NCBI GenBank assembly: GCA_001244265.2
Contig: CDLV01000019.1
Location: 310,001-374,000 of the forward strand
From: Microbotryum violaceum
Lineage: Eukaryota
Direction: 5' to 3'
DNA length: 64,000 bases
Positions 36,129-45,900 of the stretch are shown here, piece by piece. Positions within the stretch are counted from its first letter, which is position 1. Each line of letters begins with the position of its first letter. Position numbers and translations under genes: made by a program. Under the pieces are notes generated by a model, which was given only the letters and a program-made list of their open reading frames with translations, had not been told where the DNA came from and made no database searches.

Positions 36129-37930
36129 TTAGGTTTGGCATGTTGACTTCGATCGCTGGCCGGGCCGGGTGAGGATGAGAAAGGGGAGGAAGTCAGGTTT
36201 CTGCAATGGCTTCAGATACAAGAGGTACCACGGCTTACATTGACCGCTCCCCAAGTTCCACGCCGTTGCCGCATGTTCAGAAAACAAGCATCGCAACTCG
36301 GACTCCATGCCCTGAGTCGCAAGCGCCTCGGACGTCACGAGCTCGAGGCCGATCTCACGGATCAAATGCTGCGGCTGCTGTCTTTCCGGAGGCAAGTGCT
36401 CGCGACTGAATCCACAAACGTGGCTCAACCACTCCAACATTCGTTTCACCTTCCCTTGCCTCACAATCATCGGTCGACAGCTGTCTAGTTGGGTCAAATT
36501 AGCTTCAGCGCCGCAAAACAATACGCGCACACTGTCGGCTAATTGCTCGACTGACATCGGAAGAATGTCCGTGAACGCAGCAGTATTCTGACTGAAAATT
36601 AAGGTATTTCCCCGAGTATACTTTTGCTGCGCGTTCGGGTCGCCAAACTTTGTAATCTTGTAGACAATTTTCTAGGCGCGGGCCCGGGCAGTGACCACTG
36701 CAACAGTTCAAGCTGACTTCCACCTGAGAAACAACCCTTGACATCCGGAGGCAGATGATCGATGGCCCGGTAAAGACGATTACTCAATGAACGAGCGGGC
36801 TTAGTAGGCGCAGCTTTACAGGTGAAGAGACTTTGATAACAGCCGGGCAAAGCGAACACTGGACGGAAGACTCGTCCGTGGCGAAGTAGATGGGCTGGCC
36901 CTCTAGGTCGTTTCGCCGATGTAGACCACGCGGATCAATGATTGAAGCACGCCATTCCTCGAAATCATACGTTGTAGGCCGCAAGTCAGAGCGCAAATGA
37001 ACATCTGTGAGCGCCTCCAGGATGCCGCGATCTCTGCACTTGAGAACGCTCTCCGCGACCCAGTGTGCCTCGTGCCCGAAGACCCTCTCAGAGCAAATCA
37101 AGCAGCAGAAAACTCGAAAATTGGCATCTGTGAAGTACTGATTCCATTCGGCACGGATCTCAGCTTGGAGCCGGGCGGACGCAGGAGTGTAGGGCGAGGA
37201 CCGCTCAGCCTGCGAAGCTTGCGTGGTTCGGCGAAGCCGTGTGTCGTCAGCGCGGCTGTCATTGTTGGTCGCCGCTCGTCGTCTGTTCTGAGTCGCATTC
37301 TCTGTCAATGACCTTTCCTCTCGTTCCAAAATCTTCTTGCTCAGTTCTGCTTGACATGACTCTAATGTTTTGTGCCAGTAGACCGTGTGACGGGGTACGC
37401 AATGCCGTCTGGGGACCAGAATGTCAATGGCTGTGCTTCGCTTGAAGATGTAGCCGCTCTCACATGCTGGACAAGTCTCAGTGCATGAAGACAATAGAAT
37501 ACGCAAAAACAGTTCTCTAGCCCTTGATTACCGAAAAGAGTAGCCTTGCAAGTTGTGAGTCTGACAAATAATCTGCAGTTGTTCCAAACGAAGTTTGACG
37601 TTGGACAAGGCGAGCTGTCGCAATGAGCACCTGATCACTAGATCGTCGTCAAGCGAATGTGAGGCAACAAATCTGTTCGGTCCATGATAAGTGTACTGTA
37701 CTTGCTCGCCATGTTGGCAAGAGCGACTGCCTCTTGTCAAGCCAAGCTCCGAGATGCTGTCTAACTTAATGACTCGGCGTCGGGAGGCACAACTATGACA
37801 CGTGAACTGGGAGAGATCGACATCGCCGCAGGGTGGGTGGACATAAATGCCACTTGATACCAATGACTAGTGTGTCGGACCGACTGAGCACCGTTCGTGA
37901 CTGATGAACTACTCCACGGTGGAGGAGGGC
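36129..37930 (-). mobile_element. Helitron-like element N-terminal ORF fragments (DUF6570-like), frameshifted
   Basis: CLICSE zinc motif, SLSNRLYRAIDHLPPDVK, and SVEQLADSVRVLFCG..RPMIVRQGKVKRMLEWL. These resemble the region preceding the Rep domain in Helitron/Helentron-like proteins. Confidence 0.65.
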
Positions 37931-38086
37931 TGTACCATGAGCTACTGAGATGTTGATGTTCGCACACAGCTATCAGACGGGCCGAAACGCACGCCTAGTA
38001 CAGGACTTTGCAGTCCGTGTCATTCGCCGCCGATCCGCGCCGGTCTGTGCAGGTCTGTGCCGGCTTTTGCCGGTTGGCTGTAATGT

Positions 38087-38490
38087 TGAGACCGTCGTCA
38101 ATTTCCCAAACTCGCCGCGCCTCGCCAGCCGCCGCTCAGCGCTCAGCTCAGCGCTCAGCTCAGCGCTCAGCGCTGAGATCGTCGTCAATTACCCCATGTC
38201 GCGGCACCCCCCCAAGCCGCCCCCCGGCGCTGAGATCGTCGTCAATTTCCCAAAGTCGCGGCGCCCCCCTCCAGGCACCCCCCAGGCCGCCCCCCAGCGC
38301 TGTCAATTTCCCAAAGACGCGGCGTCCCCCTCCAGGCACCCCCCCGGGCGTTGAGATCGTCGTCAATTTTCCAAACTCGCGGCGCCCCCACCCAGGCCGC
38401 CCCCCGGCGTTGAGATCGTCGTCAATTTCCCAAAGTCGCGGCACCCCCCCAAGCCGCCCCCCGGCGCTGAGATCGTCGTCAATTTCCCAA
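38087..38490 (+). repeat. minisatellite: seven copies (one partial) of core TGAGATCGTCGTCAATTTCCCAAA separated by related C-rich linkers
   Basis: Cores start near 38087, 38174, 38231, 38301 (partial), 38352, 38411 and 38468. An eighth, diverged copy lies near 39382. Confidence 0.9.
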
Positions 38491-38520
38491 GCCCGCGCCG
38501 CCGAATTTTTCTGGAACAAA

Positions 38521-38553
38521 CCTTCAGCTCTAAAGAGCTTCAGGGATTACTAG
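38521..38553 (+). mobile_element. Helitron-type 3' terminus (hairpin plus CTAG, followed by T)
   Basis: AGCTCT-AA-AGAGCT hairpin (38526-38539), then 10 nt, then CTAG (38550-38553) and T. A second copy of this end near 39382-39463 lacks the CTAG. Confidence 0.6.
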
Positions 38554-38685
38554 TTCCCAACTGATTAACTACTTCCCGAGGAAGCTTGTACCATGAGCTG
38601 AGAGATGTTGATGATCGTACCGGTTATCGGACGAAGCCGAAGTCGGGCATGCGACGTTCCGCGGCGTTCCACACCGGTCCACGCC

Positions 38686-39274
38686 TAAGCTCGACGCCCC
38701 TTCCAAAGGGAGGGGCTTGTGAGTTATCGGCGCGTTTGGCCCAGTTGCCCTCCGAAATTTTGGCCCTGAAAAGTGCCCCATTGCTGTAGCATGGCATATA
38801 TTGGTGCTATCTGAAAACTGGAGGGATACGTCTTTACTTCATCTCTATTGATGAGGCTTCACCGAAGCTTGAAGTCTAGGAACGCTTGATCATCTCGCTA
38901 CAGCAGCTTGAATCAAGTGATTCCGAACGAGACGCAGGTCGGCGGACGGACCAGTCGTAGTCCAGTCCGAGGCTCGCCGATGATGAGAGCGCCAACTACA
39001 CGATGCGCTCGGACCATCTGAGGCCCGATCAACCGAAATCGCAGACTTCGGATCGCTGTAGCTCCACCCACAGCTTATGAAAGCTCTCGCCACTTGGGGT
39101 ATGTCATTTTTAGAGCATAAAGAAAAATAGGGTCCCTCACTTTTGCATGAATGTAAGTATTTGCCTAGTTACAGAAAACCACCCCAAAATGGCCCTGAAA
39201 TTTCGGAGGGCATCTGGGCCAAGCGCGCCGATAACTCGTAAGCCCCTCCCAGAGGGAGGGCTTAGTTGAGCTTA
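38686..39274. repeat. inverted repeat pair with internal GC hairpins
   Basis: The reverse complement of 38708-38760 matches 39198-39250 at 49/53. The outer ends share GAGCTTA. Confidence 0.8.
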
Positions 39275-42200
39275 GTCCCACGCCGGTCTCTGCGTCGGCT
39301 TGTGCTGGCCGGCTGCCGGGTGCTGGCCTTCCGCGGGAGCCTGTGCTGGAGCCGCGCCCCGCCAACGAGAATTACTAATGTTGAGATTGTCATCAATTTC
39401 CCAAGCCCGCGCCGCCGAATTTCTCTGGAACAAACCTTCAGCTCTAAAGAGCTTCAGGGATAATCCACTGTTGACGTGTTCTCGCTAAGTCCTCTAAAAG
39501 GTCTAAAGGAAAGAGAGACTGTCCAAAGGTACTGCGACAAAATTATTCAAACGAAAGGAGAGCAAGTTGTCTCAGATCGATGTGGCCAGGCCCGTGGGAG
39601 GGGCGCACCCACCACAAGAACCCGCTCGGGTCAAGGCCTGTGCCTGTGGACTCGAACTCGTTGGGCGACAAGTCGCAATCGGATGAGCTGTGGTAGGGAG
39701 CTAGCCAACCAACCTCCTCCCGGACTCCGGTGCTTGTGCTTGGTGACATAAAATACCTTCAAAGCAGCTGAAGGCTTGCCCGCGGCGTGGGATCGTCGTC
39801 GAGTGCTGAGCCTGTGGCAGGGGCCAGGCCGGCCAGGGGCTGCTGAGCAGGACTGCCACTGGGTGTGCATAAAAATAAAAATAGCTCTTAGGTATGGAGG
39901 CAGCTGGTAGAAATTGGGGGGGGGGCTACCCTTACACATAACTTATCTTCCTGCGATCGCACAAATATTGTGTCGAGCGCTGGACGTGCCAGTGGTCGCG
40001 CACTTTCTGGAACGTAATTAGACTTGACAGACGCATCCTAATGTTAAGATAAGCCCTTGGCAGGGACCGCGAATGTACCTGTGAGCTGACCTCGCGCCAG
40101 TCAGACTGCAGTGCTTCGTTCGTCCTTCGATGTGTAGATGCGTCTCACAGTCGGAGCTCGCTGGATTTTCAACGAACCTGCTGCCAGCCTGCCGCTTCGA
40201 TACTCTAGATGATACCTCCTAATGGGCCACTACAGAAACGATCAATTTGCTAACTACCTTCCCCTGCACCTAGTAGTATGTGGCGCCCAAACGGCCTCGC
40301 ACGAACGAACGAACCGTTGCTAGGCAGAAACTGTTATTGAACGGTTCCCTCTTTTTGTGTAGTTCAGAGTGTCATTTACTCAAGTCGACTCCTCCATAGT
40401 GCGCGCTGTTTGTGGCGTTTGTTTTAGGATGGAAGAGTTGAGTTGCAGTGATAAGAGAAAAACCCGCACTCCGTAACAAACGGAGGGTTTTAAACAGGAG
40501 TTATGAACAAGTAGGGTGGGAGGGAGGAGCTCAAAACACAAAATGGTCGATCGGCTTTGCTCAAAGAGCGCAGGTCCGATTAGTAACTAAACACTGCAAC
40601 TGACTTGGGGGATAGGGCATACCTTTGCTCGAAAAGCGCAGGGCGATGGCAGGGGAGGAAGGCGACGCGGTAGGTAGACGCGGCCAAACGAGGTCTGTAT
40701 ACCTCAAGTAGTCTCTCCTTTCTCTCTTCTTGCAGACAACGTCAAAGTTCCCAATACCTCTTCGGTCGAACAGCGATTACCAGAACGATCAGCCCAGTAG
40801 TCGCGACCTTTTCTGTAAGGCCAACACAATCTGCATCACTAACGATCTACAGTACTGATTGTCCTTGAAGTTTTCTTTACTCGGCAAAGTGCGGCATCGA
40901 GACCTATCCTCGACCGAGGGAGTCAACACAAATTCGCACCAACCGGCCGCACGCGGGCGCGCGGGCTGCGCGGCTGCGACCGCCGACGAACGGACGTCGA
41001 CTGCACAGAACAGCGAGGCGCTTGGTCGCTCGTCGAGCGTCTCGTGTTGGCCAAGTAATACGACGAACAGTCTCCGACTGAACGACGTTTGTGCCGATCT
41101 CTATTGATCAATATGAATAATATATAATAAATGGCTTTGGTTTGGGCTTGGGGGCGAGTTCCCTCACGACACCGCCCCGCGAAGAAACCGGCGGGGCAGA
41201 GTAAGCAAGGGGAGGCAAACCGGGGAGGCAGGCGGGAAAGCAAAAATTTATGAAGTTTCGAGCGACCAACAGGCGATGTTGCGAGCGAGAATAGTTGGTT
41301 CTAGCAAGAGGGAGTGATTCACACCGCACTCGCCTTTCGACTCGCTCGGCGGCGCGCCCGTTGGCCGCCTTTGGCAACCGGCCATTTATCTCTGCGGTAG
41401 ATGCTGACGCAAGGAGGAACTGGAAGAATTGGCCTTTTGCCTATCGTCCCCGGATTCTCCCCCGGACTGCCTGTCGACCCGCCGGTCCGTAGGATGGCGG
41501 AAATCAAAAAGCGGGGCCTACCCAGGTACCCAGGTCTGTGGAGAAGGGAACGAAATAATAAGTCGGAGGTAGGCACTTTGGAACGACCTAGACGGTCTGC
41601 GGGCAATCGGATTGAAGTGTCGGGAGTCTGGACGTCTACAGCCTATCAGTCCCGAAGCTGCGTTCTGCATACACTGCAGATACTCACCTACGTAGTACAT
41701 GAACGCTCCGTTCGGCGGCTTTGCCAGAAATTCCGTTCATACGTCCTCATACCTGTGAGATGTCGAGACGTTGTTTCGCATCAAACGTAGCATCCGGCGC
41801 CGGCTTGAAGCGAGATGATCTTCTCACCAGCGGCGAGCGGAGTTTTAGCCCACTCACTTCTTAGAACTCTTCCCTTGCATCGCGTGTGAATCGCTACTTT
41901 TCTCGCTGCTCTTTCTGCGGGTGAGAGCTCATAGTCCGCCGGCTCAACAGAGCTTAACCCGATGGAGTGACATATCGAAGTACACTGCGGTGCTAGTAGT
42001 ACTCTCTTCGCTGAACGTGATTTCAGACGATCGGTCCCATCTTCACCTCAGCTCACTCACGATAGATGCCAGTATTGAGAGGTGACCACTGAGTACTGAG
42101 TGCTGAAGAAGCCCGAAAGTTGTTCGGCTGATCCCGCTCGTGCACCGCTGGACCATGTACTAGGGGCGAGCGCACGCCTGCCGCCGGAGCCTGGCGGCAG

Positions 42201-42295
42201 CTGGTGGCCGAGAATGGCAGGGAAGGCTTGAGCTCGAGCGGTTCCGAGTCGGCCAGTACAGAAAGGTTCAACTGTGTTGCAGGCGGTGGAAACAA

Positions 42296-42955
42296 TTGTT
42301 GACGAACGAGAAACGGCAGCGGCAGAAGCAAGGGAGAACATGGCAGTTGCAAAGCTCCGATAAGCCGAACAGGGCAACAAGGTGCGGAAGCTTGCGGACC
42401 CGGAGTGCCATTTGTCGTCGGGGACAAGGGCTTGCAGTGCAGCGGTCGACTCTCTGGATAGACGCCTGCGGTACACGGCGGATGGGGAAGCACGGTCAAC
42501 CAAGTTCTTCCCACGGTTTGACGGGCCTTATGAAGTTCTCGCAGCACGGCCGGAAACGTCAAACTACAAGCTCAAGCTAACCCCAGGCGACAAGCCGACA
42601 ATGTTTTTCATGTGTCCCTGCGGCGTTGGGTAGCAAACGATGGAGAGGCCTTCTCGGGACGCCATGCAGCCGAACCAGCAGCAGTCATAGTGCAGGGAAA
42701 CGAGGAATGGGAAGTGGGACGGCGACGCATTGTGGACGAAAAGGGGAAAGGCGGAAAAGGAGGAGACTTTTGGTGAAATGCCAGAAGGGATGGGCGGACA
42801 GCGACAACACTTGGGAGCCTCCATCGCATCTGGAGGAAACGGCAGAGATTGGTGGGAAAAGGAGACTCGGGAAGGGGGACAAGGAGAGGATGGGGAGGGT
42901 GTAAGGACGGGAGAGGGTTTGAAATAGGTGGGGGAGAGTGTAAGGATGTGTAAGG
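42296..42955 (+). mobile_element. Ty3/gypsy chromovirus remnant: integrase C-terminus, chromodomain, PPT and LTR start
   Basis: [13 protein letters not shown]...NYKLKL...FHVS; chromodomain pieces EEWEV...[21 protein letters not shown]; purine tracts followed by TGTAAGG. Frameshifted. Confidence 0.85.
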
Positions 42956-42993
42956 CAGGTTGAAGGCGCGGGAGGGCGCGCGCGCGCGCGCGG

Positions 42994-45900
42994 GCGAGGA
43001 GCCCCGAAAGCCCAGCCTGAGGCGCGTAGGTAAGATCCGCGAAAATCCGGGATTTTGGACCTTATTTGTCCACCAATTTTTGGATTTTTCGGCCAAAAAG
43101 GTGCCCCGAATGTCCAGTCCATCTACGCGCCTCAGAAATAGCTCTAAAATTGCTTCAAATACTCTAAAACATCTCCAAAAATCGCGAAAACGCCGTCCGG
43201 ACGTTTTTCGCCCGAGCCGAACCAGCGGAGCCCGCCCGAGCCCGCGCGCGTGTCAGCCGGTTCGGTTCTGCTTCGCCGAGGGCTCCTCACCTGCACTTGC
43301 TGCCTTCCTTTTTGACCCTACATCTTTCACGCCCTTCATTTGATTACTCAAGGACACAGAAGGGTCCCGTAATCCGTTGCAGCGTCGAAGAAAACAAAAT
43401 CTTGCCTCAGCCTGCTGGCTCAAGTCGAAGACACGCTCCCCGAGGTATGCAACTGAATCCAGTGGTGCGAGAGTGAGCGCGGGCATCGAGGATGATTCCA
43501 AGGATTGAATGATTTGTCGAGCATTGAGTCCAAAGAACCGAGTCGTGCCGTCAATCATATGCGTTGAATAACGGCCCTTGCTGACAACTCGCAATTCTTG
43601 GAGGACGACATTCGATAGTAATGCTAGGGAGTTGGTTTCCACTCTGTCACAATGATTTGACGTAGCCTTGGCATACATGTAACGTACTACCAGAGGCAAG
43701 ATCGATGTCAGTCACTCTGCAAAGCAGTAAGCTAGCTACAGTGAGATGCACAAACCAAGTCCAATGGACAATTGTTCTTCTCCTATGTTGCTGGCGTCAC
43801 AACTGACAGGTATGATGCCTCGTTTCAATCTGAAACAGACAAGAGAGCCGATTTTCAAAGGCATGGCTGACGTGACGTTTCCGTCAATCGACCCAAACGT
43901 TGGGATCTTGGCGAATACCGTATATTGCCTTGCTCGCAATTGCATCCGTACCTGGGCAAGAATGAACATTATTGATGGGCACTCTCCGGGCCATATGTGC
44001 AGAGCACACAATTGAAGCTCACTTCTTTACGTCCGTCTTCGATGTATCCTATGTTGTCCGTCTCGTTTGCGGTCGAAAAGCGACTGAAGGTCCCTTGTCC
44101 GGTCCAGCGAATGGACCTCGCGACTCCTGACACGGCTTCGAGACGGGCTGCACCCATTGATTGCACTAAGCCTCGGAGGACACTGGAGTGCACTTCCTCG
44201 TGCTCGGACAATTTTGCTTTTGATGTGGGATCGGAATCTTGGGCAGTCGAGGTGGTGGCGCCGTGTCTTCCCTTGAGTAGGACAGCTCTGAGGTGGGCAC
44301 ATTGATGGGCCCGACGGTGCGGGATTAAGCTTTTCAGATCAAGCGCAAGCTGACGAGAGTCGTGACGCAGAATGGATGGGAGCCGAATAATTTGAGCCTG
44401 TGAAAGAATGCTGGTTCCGTTTAGTGTTGCTACACGAGAACAACTGCTGCTTAAATGAACCTACATGACCCGGCAAGCTTTCATTTGCTGTCACAATGGC
44501 GTCGAGCAGGAAGTGTTCCTCTGCTTGAGCATCGGCCTCGTCATAGGCCTGCTGAACGGCAAGCCTAACATTGGACGAGATGAGTTATCAGGTCAGGGGA
44601 GACTGGTACAGGTCTCAAGGCACTCAACTTACAGTGCAGCATCATTGTCAAGGCCAAGAGCAGCTAAAGAGCGAACAGCGTTTTCAACTGACTTCCGCTC
44701 TTTCGGGTCCAGCACGACGAGACCTTGGCACGTTTTGGTGCGGATCCCATCGAGGGTCCGCTCTAGGTCAGCGAGGTACGAAAGCGGGTCAGCGTCCTCG
44801 GGCTCGAAACGCCAAGGTTCACTAGCTGGAAGGGGCGACATCAATCAGCTTTGCTCAAAACGAAGCCACAAGCTTGGGCGACACCCACCATTGACCGGTA
44901 TATCTTCCTCTAGCTGGTTGGACTTCTGATATTGTATGGTATCCCACATTCGAAGACCAAGAAGAAGCTCTTTTGCAAGTCCTGCAGCAACCAAGCTTGT
45001 GGACCGAATCTCTTCATCGCTTGGATAAGTCCGCATTGCGACGAGGTCGAGATCGTCGAGCCTGTCATACATGTGATGGTAGCCTTGACGCGAGTCTGCG
45101 GTCTCTGTCTTGAGCTTTCGCATCAGTCCTAGAAGCGCAGTAACTTTGCTTGCCGACTAAAAACCCGAAATATAAGCTTTACAAGCAGTAGCTCACGGGA
45201 ACCCATGAAAGGAGGATTATTTACCTGCAGGAATTCTAAAGCATCAAATTCTTGCACGACTTTGCGCAAACCGCCAAAAAAAATGCTCGACCATCTCCGT
45301 ACCATGTCGCCATGGTATGAACGCTTCTTCCGGCCAAAAGTCGCGGTAGTTCCGAATAAGGGCGATGTTTGCATCGACGACCTTTCGCATACCATCCAGG
45401 GTCTCCTTGGCAATAAAGGACTGCACGTTGTACCCGGGACGATTGCGGACGAAGGTCAACCAGCCCTCAAATGTATAACGAACCGTCAATAGCATCTTGA
45501 TACGTTCAATCGGCTGCAAGGACCTGTTTTGTATCGCGTCGTGAAACTCGCCGCAGAGAAAGAGGAAGACTATGACATCGGCATCGAATTTGCCGTCCTC
45601 GTAAAGTCGGCAAGCAAGCGCTAGAGTAGCTTCGGAGAACGCTCGATGCGTCGCATTGTCATCTTGACGATCACGTCCAGTCACATCACGTAGATACAAG
45701 GTCCTCGCCGACTCTTCGACGTTGAGCAGCGTCAACAGGTCACGATATCCGATACATCCGGTGCCGCCGTATATTGCCCTGGCGCCTGAATCGCACGCGC
45801 TGCGGAGATTTTTGCTCAGGTGCTTTTCGTCCCGATTGAAGCACGTAGGCGTGTTGCCCACTTGAACGGATGCCAGTCGAATGGCTGGGAAGACTTTGTC

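Noticed and set aside
38087-38490. CRISPR-like array (constant core of about 24 bp with intervening sequences)
   Set aside because: The linkers are mutually related C-rich variants rather than unique spacers, the context is eukaryotic and no cas genes are present. It is a minisatellite.
35735-38779. GGGGCAC ... GTGCCCC as terminal inverted repeats of one element
   Set aside because: The match ends after 7 bp and the flanks show no duplication. The left word does coincide with the copia truncation, so it is unsupported rather than excluded.
39469-42040. Assigning specific element families to this non-coding block
   Set aside because: Only scattered hints (TGTTGAC start, CCTTACA, short direct and inverted repeats, an AT-rich tail near 41100-41130). 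Probably transposon debris but not classifiable by eye.
44845-44847. Third premature stop in the transposase gene
   Set aside because: It lies inside a plausible intron (GTCAAT..GCTGAT..TTCCAG on the minus strand).
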